In this document: piece by piece, positions 1 to 9,366 of the stretch | Numbering within the stretch: the first letter of the stretch is position 1 | Layout: each line of letters opens with the position of its first letter | DNA from: Promethearchaeum syntrophicum | GTDB lineage: Archaea; Asgardarchaeota; Lokiarchaeia; Sigyniarchaeales; Promethearchaeaceae | Length of the DNA: 32,000 bases | Direction: 5' to 3' | Assembly: GCF_008000775.2 (NCBI RefSeq) | Contig: NZ_CP042905.2 | Location: 3,720,001 to 3,752,000, forward strand | The notes under the pieces: model-generated | Told to the model about the DNA's origin: nothing | Database searches by the model: none | What the model saw: the letters and a program-made list of their open reading frames with translations, nothing else | Made by a program: the position numbers and the translations under genes

Positions 1-267
1 ATTGGGATGATCTCAAATAGTGGTTTAAAAATCCGCAAGAAATTTGAAGAATTTGATGCTGTGGTAAAATTTAATGTTAAAATTGAAGAAAAAATTGAGA
101 TGCCAAAGGGATGTTCGTGTGATAAAGTCTTAATCGGAAACATACCTCCACAAAAATGTCCCCTTTTTGGTAAATCATGCACTCCTAGACATCCAATAGG
201 CCCGTGTATGGTATCTCATGAAGGGGCATGCAAAATTGCTTTTAGCTTTCGGGAAATTATCGATTAA
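1..267 (+). CDS. hypD: Hydrogenase maturation factor HypD, C-terminal part (5' truncated by window edge)
   Basis: Frame is open upstream of the ATG at 7. Cys-rich C-terminal motif CSCDKVLIGNIPPQKCPLFGKSCTPRHPIGPCMVSHEGACKIAF is typical of HypD, and hypE/hypF lie next to it. Confidence 0.93.
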   Translation: MGMISNSGLKIRKKFEEFDAVVKFNVKIEEKIEMPKGCSCDKVLIGNIPPQKCPLFGKSCTPRHPIGPCMVSHEGACKIAFSFREIID

Positions 268-270
268 TGT

Positions 271-867
271 TTAATAATATAATTTAAGGATCTCATTTAG
301 CACAAATATTAACTCCTTACACACTTCTTCCATTTCCTTTGTTAAATTGAAGGAATAAAACGGAATATTTGGATTATTCTCTTTCATATCCAAATCCCAT
401 AAATCTTCTCGATATAATTGATAAGTCTCTAAAAATTTTAATGAGTAGGGACAAATTCCAACTAATTTTATATCAACACCAGAGACACCCCTTTGAATTC
501 GATCAATAAATACAGGTAAAGGTAAACTATGACTTGAAATGGGTAAATAATTGAGTATTTTATCTTCTTCGAAAATTCCGATAGTTCCGGAGGGTTTTTT
601 TAAATCAATAACATCAACTATTAACACTAATTCAGGTTGAAAATCGATTATTTCGGGGAGTCGCTCTTCGGGCGTAATACCACCATTGATAATACTTATT
701 TTAGTTTTATTTTTCCATTTTTGCCATAGTTCCCACGTGATATAAACTCCAGCTCCATCATCACCCATTCTATTCTCACCAATTCCTAAAATTAGTAGTT
801 TTGGAGATGATTTTAAGAGATTGGTTAAGGAAAGATTAAGATTTTTGTATTTTTCCTTTAAATCCAT
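271..867 (-). CDS. Hydrogenase maturation endopeptidase, HycI/FrhD/HyaD family (cleaves C-terminal extension of large subunit)
   Basis: N-terminal LILGIGENRMGDDGAGVYITWEL, then VLIVDVIDLKKPSGTIGIF, matches the peptidase M52 pattern GxGNxLxxDDGxG...D; located in hyp cluster. Confidence 0.88.
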   Translation of the reverse strand: MDLKEKYKNLNLSLTNLLKSSPKLLILGIGENRMGDDGAGVYITWELWQKWKNKTKISIINGGITPEERLPEIIDFQPELVLIVDVIDLKKPSGTIGIFEEDKILNYLPISSHSLPLPVFIDRIQRGVSGVDIKLVGICPYSLKFLETYQLYREDLWDLDMKENNPNIPFYSFNLTKEMEEVCKELIFVLNEILKLYY

Positions 868-925
868 AATAACATTATTTTAGTAAAATTGTTAAAATTT
901 CGGAATTTATTCTATAATTGGAATA

Positions 926-1957
926 ATGTCAGAGAAAAAAATAATTCAATTAGGTCATGGTGGGGGAGGGATTTTACAAGGAGAATTAATTAAATTTATT
1001 ACGGAAAATATCCCTATTAAGAAAATTGGCAAGGGAATTGGAGTTGATGCTTATGATGATGGAGCTACTGTACCTTTAGATAATTACGATTATGAAATTG
1101 TAGTTACTGCCGATGGACATACAATACATCCATTATTTTTTCCGGGGGGAGATTTGGGAAAATTATCAGTTTGCGGAACAGTGAACGATTTAATTATGAT
1201 GGGAGCAAAACCACTTGCTTTAACATCAGTAGTTCTGATAGAGGAAGGTACCGCATTCGATTTTCTGGGAAAAATTATGGATTCCTTTAACAAAACCGCT
1301 GGAGAGGGTGAAATTGCAATATTAGCGGGAGATACAAAGGTAATGCCTCGCGGATCGTTGAAAGAAATTATTATTACTACTTCCGGGATTGGAATTAAAT
1401 CAAAAAAATGTCAAATATTAGATTCTAATTGCAAACCAGGAGCAAAAATCATTCTTACGGGATCTATTGGAGATCATGGAGCCGCCCTTATTGCCAGAAG
1501 AGAAGGAATTGACTTAGAAACAGAATTAAAATCAGATGTGGCAATGTTGACACCCCTTTATACAGTAATAAAAGACCAACCAGGGATATTAGCAATGAAG
1601 GATCCAACTCGTGGTGGCTTAGCCGCAGCATTAAATGAGTGGGCAGAGAAATCTAATATTAGTATTTGGGTGGAAGAGTCACAATTATTAATCAAACGAG
1701 AAGTTAAAGCAATTTCAGAAATATTAGGATTAGATCCTCTAGAAATAGCAAATGAAGGGAAAGCGATAATCTGCGTTGAATCAGAATATGCTTCTCAACT
1801 GTTAGAAAAAATCAAAAAAACATCAATAGGAAAAGAAGCCCGAATAATTGCCGAGGTTAAAGAATCAAATCCAAAGTTAGTTATAATGAAAACTCCATTA
1901 GGAAGTAAAAGAATTATTGAAAAACCTATGGGAGAATTAATTCCTCGTATTTGTTAA
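926..1957 (+). CDS. hypE: Hydrogenase expression/formation protein HypE
   Basis: N-term LGHGGGGILQGELI and C-terminal ...GELIPRIC (Cys that carries the cyanide ligand precursor); PurM/AIR synthase-like. Confidence 0.96.
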   Translation: MSEKKIIQLGHGGGGILQGELIKFITENIPIKKIGKGIGVDAYDDGATVPLDNYDYEIVVTADGHTIHPLFFPGGDLGKLSVCGTVNDLIMMGAKPLALTSVVLIEEGTAFDFLGKIMDSFNKTAGEGEIAILAGDTKVMPRGSLKEIIITTSGIGIKSKKCQILDSNCKPGAKIILTGSIGDHGAALIARREGIDLETELKSDVAMLTPLYTVIKDQPGILAMKDPTRGGLAAALNEWAEKSNISIWVEESQLLIKREVKAISEILGLDPLEIANEGKAIICVESEYASQLLEKIKKTSIGKEARIIAEVKESNPKLVIMKTPLGSKRIIEKPMGELIPRIC

Positions 1958-1981
1958 AATTCTCATGTAATTTTACTCTTT

Positions 1982-4408
1982 GTGATTGAAATGAAGCAAC
2001 AGAAAATAATTATCACAGGAATTGTGCAAGGTGTTGGTTTTCGACCTTTTCTTTATAATTTTCTTCGTTCATATCATTTAAAGGGAAAGATTCAAAATAC
2101 GGGTAATTTGGGGGTTTCTCTCGAATTACAATCCTCTGATGATGATTTTAATTTTCAAAATTTGATTCAAGATCTAAAAAAGAAGGTTCCAAAAATGGCA
2201 TTTATCGAAGACATCCGATTATTGCCTTTTTCAAACATTCAACAGCAAGTAAAATTTGACCAACTTCAGATAATCCCAAGCAATGAAGGGATAGGAGCCG
2301 GGCTCACTTTACCTCCCGATATTGCAATGTGTGACAAATGTTTACATGATTTTAATAACAAATCCAATTCATCTTTTTTTCACTATCCATTTATCAGTTG
2401 CGCTCAATGTGGTCCCAGATTCACAATTATGGAGTCACTTCCTTACGATCGGGAATATAGCATGATGGACGAATTTCCATTTTGTGAAGATTGTAAAAAA
2501 ATCTTTTCTAATATAGATAATCGACGTTTTCATGCCCAAACTTTTGGATGTAATTCTTGTGGTCCTCATTATTTTGATGAAATAAGTCAAAGAGAACCTA
2601 GTCAGAAAGATCTTCCCAAAATTATAGAAAAAATGGTTGAAGCGATAAAAATCGGAAAAATTATTGCACTAAAAGGAATCGGAGGTGTCAATTTAGTTTG
2701 TAGAGCTGATAAAGAACAATCAATTCAAACACTCCGAAACAGAAAAAAGGAAAGAAAATTCAAACCTTTTGCAGTTATGATGCCTAATTTAGAGACAGCA
2801 AGGAAATACTGCGAAATCCCAAAAGAATTTGAAACCATATTGACTTCTTTTCGAAGACCGATCATTTTATTTAAAAAGAAAGAAGGAACTTTACCTGAAA
2901 ATCTTTCACCAGGATTACCCAATATAGGAATAATTCTTCCGTATATGGGATTACATTACTTATTGTTCGAAAAACTTGGAAAAATTCCTTTGGTATTTAC
3001 TAGTGGGAATGTTTCTTCACTACCAATGGCCATCGAAAACACAATGATAAAAAAACATATGGTAAATTTAGCAGATGAAATATATCTTCATAATCGCAAG
3101 ATTTACCAACGTTGCGATGATTCAGTAATCCGCCCTGTGTTAAATTCTCCAATTTTAATCCGCCGTTCAAGAGGATATGTCCCAGAATATTATAAACTTC
3201 CTTTTAAAACTAATACTAAAAGTATTATTGCAACAGGTGCAGAATTGAATAGTACCGGAGCCATAAGCAGAGGAGAAAGGATTTTTCCAACACAACATAT
3301 CGGAAATGTCCGAAATCTTGATACTTATGAATTTCTTGAAAACGCAATCCTTCATATGCAGCATCTTTTAAAAATTACTGATTCAGAAATTAATGCAATA
3401 GGAAGGGATATGCACCCATTATTTCAATCTTCAAGACTTGCTTCCAAATTATTAGAAAACCTCAATAAATCTAAAAATGGTAAAGGAAAGGAGATTTCTA
3501 TTTGGTCTGTTCAACATCATCATGCTCACCTTGCTTCTCTAATGGTTGACAATAAAATGCCCATGGATAGTGAAATGATTGCAATTACTATAGATGGGGT
3601 CGGTTATGGAAGTGATAAACAACCTTGGGGGGGAGAAATATTAAGAGGAGGATATTCATCTTTTGAACGACTGGGACATTTGGAACCAATTCCTATGGTG
3701 GGAGGAGATTTGTGTGCGAAATATCCACCTCGCATGTTATTATGTACTTTAATGAATTCGGTTGGATATAAAGAAAATCCAGAGATCATTGAAGAATTAA
3801 CCAGTAAATTAAATTTAGCTCAATATTTTCCACAAGGATTTCAAGAAATAAAGTACATAACCAATAAATTCAACCAACTTGATGAAATAACTCCTCAAAA
3901 ACATCCACGTACCTCAAGTTTTGGGAGGTATTTAGATGCCATCTCTTCTTTATTTGGTGTTTCACAATTGAGAACATACCGCGGAGAACCTGCAATGAGG
4001 CTTGAAGGGTTCATTTGGAATGGCACTCCGAAAACATATTTTAATTTAGATCAATATCTCCATGGAAATGTGATATTGAGTGATCAACTTCTTTGGGATT
4101 ATACTAATCTATTATTAACAGAACCAAAATTTAAAAAGAAGAAAGAACAAAAAGACCTTGCACGATCGCTAGTGACCGATACTAGTAAATTGTTTGCCCA
4201 AATTGCAATAAGAAATTCAGAAGAGGTAGGGATTAAAGATATTGGAGTCTCGGGTGGAGTAGCTTACAATGAAATTATTATGCAAGTAATAAAATCAGAA
4301 GTTGAGAAGAGGGGATTTAGGTTTTTACAGCATAAGAATATAGCACCAGGTGATGCGGGTGTTTCTATTGGACAAATTGCCAGTATTATTGCGAGATTAA
4401 AATTGTAA
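1982..4408 (+). CDS. hypF: Carbamoyltransferase HypF (start GTG 1982 or ATG 1991)
   Basis: Acylphosphatase domain GIVQGVGFRPFLYNF, two zinc-finger segments CDKCLHDF...CAQCGPRFTI and CEDCKKIF...CNSCGPHYF, YrdC-like domain, and C-terminal VQHHHAHLASLMVDNK...GVSGGVAYN. Confidence 0.97.
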   Translation: MIEMKQQKIIITGIVQGVGFRPFLYNFLRSYHLKGKIQNTGNLGVSLELQSSDDDFNFQNLIQDLKKKVPKMAFIEDIRLLPFSNIQQQVKFDQLQIIPSNEGIGAGLTLPPDIAMCDKCLHDFNNKSNSSFFHYPFISCAQCGPRFTIMESLPYDREYSMMDEFPFCEDCKKIFSNIDNRRFHAQTFGCNSCGPHYFDEISQREPSQKDLPKIIEKMVEAIKIGKIIALKGIGGVNLVCRADKEQSIQTLRNRKKERKFKPFAVMMPNLETARKYCEIPKEFETILTSFRRPIILFKKKEGTLPENLSPGLPNIGIILPYMGLHYLLFEKLGKIPLVFTSGNVSSLPMAIENTMIKKHMVNLADEIYLHNRKIYQRCDDSVIRPVLNSPILIRRSRGYVPEYYKLPFKTNTKSIIATGAELNSTGAISRGERIFPTQHIGNVRNLDTYEFLENAILHMQHLLKITDSEINAIGRDMHPLFQSSRLASKLLENLNKSKNGKGKEISIWSVQHHHAHLASLMVDNKMPMDSEMIAITIDGVGYGSDKQPWGGEILRGGYSSFERLGHLEPIPMVGGDLCAKYPPRMLLCTLMNSVGYKENPEIIEELTSKLNLAQYFPQGFQEIKYITNKFNQLDEITPQKHPRTSSFGRYLDAISSLFGVSQLRTYRGEPAMRLEGFIWNGTPKTYFNLDQYLHGNVILSDQLLWDYTNLLLTEPKFKKKKEQKDLARSLVTDTSKLFAQIAIRNSEEVGIKDIGVSGGVAYNEIIMQVIKSEVEKRGFRFLQHKNIAPGDAGVSIGQIASIIARLKL

Positions 4409-4455
4409 AAAAAATTTTGAATAATTATTTATAAGAATTCAACGAAATTCTTACC

Positions 4456-5364
4456 ATGGAAAAATTTACTTTTACAGATCACTTGGGAATTGAGATTCAT
4501 GCATATAAATGGGTCCCAGATTCGGGTGAATCAAAAGCCGTTGTACAAATTGCACACGGAATGGCTGAACATGCACTAAGATTTTCCCATGTAGCAGAAG
4601 CTCTCGTAAAGAGAGGATATATTGTATATGGAAATGATCATACAGGTCACGGGAAAACGGGGAAACAGAACTTGGGGCTCTTAGGACCAGAAGGTTGGAA
4701 TGGATGCGTTAAAGATCTCAAACAACTCAATGATATAATTAAAAAAGAACATCCAACATTGCCAATTTTTTATATTGGACACTCATGGGGATCATTGATG
4801 GGACAAGATTATATTCAACAATGGGGGACTGATTTTAAAGGTGTTATATTCTCAGGAACTTACGGAAGAAAAGCGAAATTGAAACTTTTATTGTCAGTGG
4901 GTAAAGCTATTATGAAAATTCAAGGTTTAAAAAGTGAAGCGTCACTGATTTATAAAATTGCTGTTGGACCTTTCAGTAAACCATTTAAACCTGTTAAAAC
5001 ACCCCATGATTGGCGAAGTAGTGATGAAAAAGTTATTCAAGATTTTATTGATGATCCATTAGCCGGATTTAAAGTAACAAATGGATGGTTTTTAGAATTT
5101 GGATTAGCAATAAAACGTATTTGGCAACAGGAAAATGAAGCAAAAATTCCAAAAAATATTGGGGTTTTGTTATTAAATGGTGGATTAGACTCAACTTGTT
5201 CAATGCCCGCGGATTTTTTACTTCTTAAAGATCGATACGAAGATTTAGGGATAAAAAATATCCAATACAAAATCTACAAAGACAGCAGACATTCAGTGTT
5301 CGATGATGTTCAGAGAAATGAAGTAATTGATGATGCTATCAACTGGTTAGATAGCCATATCTAA
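4456..5364 (+). CDS. Alpha/beta hydrolase, monoacylglycerol lipase / lysophospholipase-like (serine aminopeptidase S33 family)
   Basis: HGMAEHALRF, GHGKT, nucleophile elbow GHSWGSLMGQ, GLDSTC acid region, and DSRHSVFDD catalytic His. Confidence 0.9.
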   Translation: MEKFTFTDHLGIEIHAYKWVPDSGESKAVVQIAHGMAEHALRFSHVAEALVKRGYIVYGNDHTGHGKTGKQNLGLLGPEGWNGCVKDLKQLNDIIKKEHPTLPIFYIGHSWGSLMGQDYIQQWGTDFKGVIFSGTYGRKAKLKLLLSVGKAIMKIQGLKSEASLIYKIAVGPFSKPFKPVKTPHDWRSSDEKVIQDFIDDPLAGFKVTNGWFLEFGLAIKRIWQQENEAKIPKNIGVLLLNGGLDSTCSMPADFLLLKDRYEDLGIKNIQYKIYKDSRHSVFDDVQRNEVIDDAINWLDSHI

Positions 5365-5374
5365 TAGAATATTT

Positions 5375-6127
5375 TTATCCACATTTTTTCATAATTAATT
5401 CCATGTTATCAGGAATTTGGGAAATATCAGTAAGAAGTAGGTCGGGATTAACTTTTTCCATCATCTCCTTCGAATAGAATCCAGAAGTAACTCCAATTGT
5501 AATTGCACCAGCAGATTTTCCTGCAACTATATCAGATTTCATATCACCAACCATTATTATTCGATTCATTGGGATATTCCATTTTTTGCTCAGTATTTTT
5601 ATCCCTTCAGGAGAAGGTTTAATATATTTCACTTTATCTCTAGAAATTATATTATCTGAAAATTGCACTAAAAATTCCATTCTACCTTTAAATCGATCGA
5701 AAACTTCAGCATAACTACCCGTTGTATTAATTCCAAAGATAACATTATAATTTTCTGAAAGTTTAACCAGAGTATTTTCTACACCTTCTATCAAAGGAAT
5801 ATTAGAAATACCTTGACGATACATATCTTGAGTAATTCTTAAGAAATTAATCCTTTTAAACCATGGAACACCAAATTTTTTCGCAACTTTCCACATTACC
5901 TTTAACACAAGAAATTTTCCTCCACCTTTCTGACCACCAAAAACCTCAAAAAGTAATGCTGCAATTTTCTCTTGCTTCAACTGTGAAAATTCTACTCCAT
6001 AGTGATCTGCTATTTTTTGTGGAATATCATGTAAGAAGAAATCTCTGCTATCCAAAAGGGTTCCATCTAAATCAAAAATAATTCCTATTTGTTCGTGATT
6101 TTGACTCATTTTTAATCCTTCTTGCAA
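5375..6127 (-). CDS. HAD-superfamily hydrolase (phosphoglycolate phosphatase-like)
   Basis: DLDGTLLDS motif I, GINTTG motif II region, and VGDMKSDIVAGKSAGAITIGVTSG motif IV. Confidence 0.9.
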   Translation of the reverse strand: MQEGLKMSQNHEQIGIIFDLDGTLLDSRDFFLHDIPQKIADHYGVEFSQLKQEKIAALLFEVFGGQKGGGKFLVLKVMWKVAKKFGVPWFKRINFLRITQDMYRQGISNIPLIEGVENTLVKLSENYNVIFGINTTGSYAEVFDRFKGRMEFLVQFSDNIISRDKVKYIKPSPEGIKILSKKWNIPMNRIIMVGDMKSDIVAGKSAGAITIGVTSGFYSKEMMEKVNPDLLLTDISQIPDNMELIMKKCG

Positions 6128-6135
6128 ATATGAGA

Positions 6136-6597
6136 TTACTGCACAATTTTGTAAACCTTACTCATTTTTACATCCCCTTTTTGATCGATTCTAAAATGAA
6201 CTACATGTTTCGAATCTTTATCCCCATGGAGATGAAAACATTGGTAAAATTTTACTAAGCTTGGAATCCCAAATTCATCTATTTCCTTCGACTCTTGAGA
6301 TTTTAATTTGTCTGGGCGAAATTCATAGGATTTATTGCATTCAGGACAAGAAAATTTTATTAGAATTCCTTTTGAAGATGGTTGGTCATTATTATACAAA
6401 TCAAACTGTTCATTATTTCTTGCTACCCTTTGAGAATCAATCCGTAATAGGTGTGCATGATTACCATGAAGAAAAACTCGGCGAATTATTGGGTTCTTAT
6501 CTGTGATTTCTTTCTTATATTCTTCCAAAAAAGGAATTTCTATCACCTTAGAATCACAAAGAAAATTTATTGTATTTTTTCTAGACATTTGAATCAC
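6136..6597 (-). CDS. Uncharacterised small protein with internal CPEC motif
   Basis: Open 153-aa frame tightly packed between hypC and HAD genes; FSCPECNKSYEFRPDKL looks like half a zinc ribbon. No family recognised. Confidence 0.7.
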   Translation of the reverse strand: MIQMSRKNTINFLCDSKVIEIPFLEEYKKEITDKNPIIRRVFLHGNHAHLLRIDSQRVARNNEQFDLYNNDQPSSKGILIKFSCPECNKSYEFRPDKLKSQESKEIDEFGIPSLVKFYQCFHLHGDKDSKHVVHFRIDQKGDVKMSKVYKIVQ

Positions 6598-6614
6598 TCT
6601 ACTTAGGAATTTAG

Positions 6615-6857
6615 TTAAACATAATCATTTTTATCGATTAAATCCTTTTCTAAAAGGTCACGCCAAAGCTTTAAAGATTCTTTTGCTGCAACTTCATTTA
6701 TTTCTTCAATTGCATATCCCGCATGGACAATAACAAATTTTCCAACTTCAATATCTGGTAATAATGCAATCACAATACTTTTCTTCGTCCCATCAAAATC
6801 TGCAATTGCCTTGTGGCCATCTATCGATAATATCTTCGCGGGAATCGCTAAGCACAT
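6615..6857 (-). CDS. hypC: Hydrogenase assembly chaperone HypC/HypG (HupF) family
   Basis: N-terminal MCLAIPAKILSIDG...ADFDGTKKSI...VGKFVIVHAGYAIEEINEVAAKE. Confidence 0.95.
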   Translation of the reverse strand: MCLAIPAKILSIDGHKAIADFDGTKKSIVIALLPDIEVGKFVIVHAGYAIEEINEVAAKESLKLWRDLLEKDLIDKNDYV

Positions 6858-6937
6858 AATTAGTTAGATAAATTATATGGTAGATAATAAACTTTCGATA
6901 ATATTCCAATAGGAAAAAAACAAATAAAAAATAAGGC

Positions 6938-6964
6938 AAATATTTAAGTTTAGTTAAAATATTT
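6938..6964. promoter_or_regulatory. Candidate ArsR operator (imperfect inverted repeat)
   Basis: AAATATTTAA-GTTTAG-TTAAAATATTT, arms complementary with one bulged base, ending about 10 nt before the ATG of the ArsR gene and overlapping AT-rich promoter-like DNA. Confidence 0.45.
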
Positions 6965-6973
6965 TTTAACCAT

Positions 6974-7315
6974 ATGTTATCAGCGAAAATTGCTAACTTC
7001 TTTTCGGCGTTAGGCGATGAAACGAGAATAAAAATTTTAGCATTGTTATATGACCAAAATCCCATTTCCGTTAGTGATATTATGAATAGACTAGGAAATA
7101 TTACGAAGCATGCATTATCTTATCAACTTAAAATTTTGAAATCAAAGGATATTATCCGATATCATAAAGTTGGGAAAAAAAGATTATATTATTTATCGGA
7201 TGAGCATGTTTCCCATATTCTAAATGATGTGATTGTTCACTTATCCCCTGAAGGTCCTTGTAATGGAGAATTGAATTGTTCGGATGATTTAAATCTACAT
7301 ATGGTGATTGAATGA
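6974..7315 (+). CDS. ArsR/SmtB-family metal-responsive transcriptional regulator
   Basis: FFSALGDETRIKILALL..., wHTH segment ISVSDIMNRLG...HALSYQLKILKSKDIIRYHKVGKKRLYYLS; 4-nt overlap with the P-type ATPase gene. Confidence 0.9.
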   Translation: MLSAKIANFFSALGDETRIKILALLYDQNPISVSDIMNRLGNITKHALSYQLKILKSKDIIRYHKVGKKRLYYLSDEHVSHILNDVIVHLSPEGPCNGELNCSDDLNLHMVIE

Positions 7316-9345
7316 ATCAAAATGGAAAAGAAAACAATCTAGATGTTCAAATTTTACCTTCGGAATTATTAGAACTCGAAGAATCTACAGAATCCAATAC
7401 TTGCGGTTGTGGAGATTGCGCTGATCTTACTGTGAATATTGCAGAAGAGAAATTTAATTGGTTGAATCAAGCAATACCTTATGTAATTTCTTTAGTACTT
7501 GCAATCATCGCTGCAATTATTGGGTTAAAAGAAAATAATCAAGAATTTATAGCCAATATTTATTTCTATGTTTTTCTTCTAGCGAGTTATGGGTTTTCTT
7601 CTTTTAATGTGATATTTGGGTTTTTAAAGAACTTGCGTCCCAAAACAATTTTTGACGAACGTTTTTTGATGATAGTAGCGACAATTGGAGCGTTTTTTAT
7701 AGGTGAATTCTTTGAAGCAATCGGAGTTATGTTATTCTACAATATTGGTTCCATTTTAGAAAAATTTTCAGTATTTAAGTCCAAGAGATCTATTAAAAAA
7801 TTATTAGAAAATCAGCCAAAATATGCAAATATCAAAAGAACTGATGGATCCATTAATAGAATTGACCCAAGTGAAGTAAAAATTGGAGATCTAGTTGTAG
7901 TTAGACCGGGGGAAAAAGTACCTGTGGATGGAAAAATGGTCTCAGAAAATTCGATTTTTAACACTTCTGCCCTAACAGGTGAGTCACTACCACGTAAAAT
8001 TATTCAAAATGAGAAAGTATTAGCAGGAATGATAAATTTAACTAATTTCTGTGAAATTTCCGTCATAAATATATATGAAAATTCAGCAATAGCCCGGATC
8101 CTTTATCTTGTTCAACATGCAGATACTAATAAATCGAAAACAGAGAAGATTTCAAATCGGTTTGCAAAATATTATACTCCCATTATTTTAGGTTCTGCAA
8201 TCTTTCTTGCAATAATTCCACCAATATTACTACCAGGTTCAAGTTTTTCAGACTGGTTATATAGAGCCATGGTATTTTTAGTAATTTCTTGCCCTTGTGC
8301 ATTAGTATTATCTATTCCTTTAACATATTTCATTGGAATTGGTGAATCTGCGCGTAATGGTATAATTGTAAAAGGAACGAAGAATTTAGAAACATTAGCA
8401 AAGGTAAATACTGTAGTTTTTGATAAAACGGGGACAATTACTAAGGGAAACTTTACCGTTTCTAAAATAATGGCATTAAACGGACATTCTGAAATAGAAT
8501 TATTAGAAATGACAGCTTCTCTTGAAAAATATTCTACACATCCGATTGGAGTATCAATCGTTGAAGCTTTCAAAGAAAAAGGTTTAGAAGATTCACATCA
8601 ATCAATTGAAAATTTTAGAGAAATATCTGCTTTGGGAATTAGTGCGGAATTAGATGGCTCAGATATCCTTATTGGAAATGATAAAATTCTTCATGAATTT
8701 AAAATACCACACCTCCATAAATATTGTTCAATTTCTGGAACGGTAGTACATATTGCTTTAAATAAAATTTACATTGGTTATATTTTAATATCGGATGAAA
8801 TTAGGGAAGAAGCCAAAGAATCAATTACAGACTTACGTAAATTAGGGATTAATGATTTCATGATTCTATCTGGGGATGAGAAATCTATTGTTTCAGATAT
8901 TGCACAAAAGTTAGGGATTAAAAATTATTATCACAGTTTATTGCCCGAAGACAAAGTTACAAAGCTTAAAGATATCAAAACCCACTCAAATATTGTTGCA
9001 TTTATAGGGGATGGAATTAATGATGCTCCAATAATTGCCCATTCAGATGTTGGTATAGCGCTTGCAGGAATAGGCTCAGATATTGCAATTGAAACGGCAG
9101 ATGTAGTAATTAACTCAACAAATCTCCTTAAAGTCGAAAAAATGATACAAATTTCTCGGAAAACCCGCATGATTAATCGAGAAAATATCGCATTAATTGT
9201 TTTAATTAAATCTCTTTTCTTATTATTGGGAGCAATAGGAATAGCATCAATGTGGGGGGCAGTATTTGCTGATGTAGGAGTTACAATCTTGACTGTTGTA
9301 AATGCTCAAAGAGTGGCAAGTAAAAATAATAAAAAAAAAGTATGA
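7312..9345 (+). CDS. Heavy-metal translocating P1B-type ATPase (Zn/Cd/Pb-type, CadA/ZntA-like)
   Basis: TGES, CPC (VISCPCALVLSIP), DKTGTITKG, HPIG and GDGINDAPI motifs; N-terminal Cys cluster CGCGDC replaces a canonical HMA domain. Confidence 0.94.
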   Translation: MNQNGKENNLDVQILPSELLELEESTESNTCGCGDCADLTVNIAEEKFNWLNQAIPYVISLVLAIIAAIIGLKENNQEFIANIYFYVFLLASYGFSSFNVIFGFLKNLRPKTIFDERFLMIVATIGAFFIGEFFEAIGVMLFYNIGSILEKFSVFKSKRSIKKLLENQPKYANIKRTDGSINRIDPSEVKIGDLVVVRPGEKVPVDGKMVSENSIFNTSALTGESLPRKIIQNEKVLAGMINLTNFCEISVINIYENSAIARILYLVQHADTNKSKTEKISNRFAKYYTPIILGSAIFLAIIPPILLPGSSFSDWLYRAMVFLVISCPCALVLSIPLTYFIGIGESARNGIIVKGTKNLETLAKVNTVVFDKTGTITKGNFTVSKIMALNGHSEIELLEMTASLEKYSTHPIGVSIVEAFKEKGLEDSHQSIENFREISALGISAELDGSDILIGNDKILHEFKIPHLHKYCSISGTVVHIALNKIYIGYILISDEIREEAKESITDLRKLGINDFMILSGDEKSIVSDIAQKLGIKNYYHSLLPEDKVTKLKDIKTHSNIVAFIGDGINDAPIIAHSDVGIALAGIGSDIAIETADVVINSTNLLKVEKMIQISRKTRMINRENIALIVLIKSLFLLLGAIGIASMWGAVFADVGVTILTVVNAQRVASKNNKKKV

Positions 9346-9366
9346 TAAAAATTAATATTGGCAGAA

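Noticed and set aside
1090-1293. Minus-strand ORF inside hypE
   Set aside because: Antisense shadow of a strongly conserved gene.
2725-3789. Minus-strand ORFs (65, 65, 61 aa) inside hypF
   Set aside because: Antisense to conserved HypF; no homology signature.
5037-5270. Minus-strand 77-aa ORF
   Set aside because: Antisense to the alpha/beta hydrolase.
5863-6506. Plus-strand ORFs (72 and 81 aa)
   Set aside because: Antisense to the HAD phosphatase and the 153-aa protein; low-plausibility sequence.
8172-9170. Minus-strand ORFs within the P-type ATPase
   Set aside because: Antisense to a gene with all P-type ATPase motifs.
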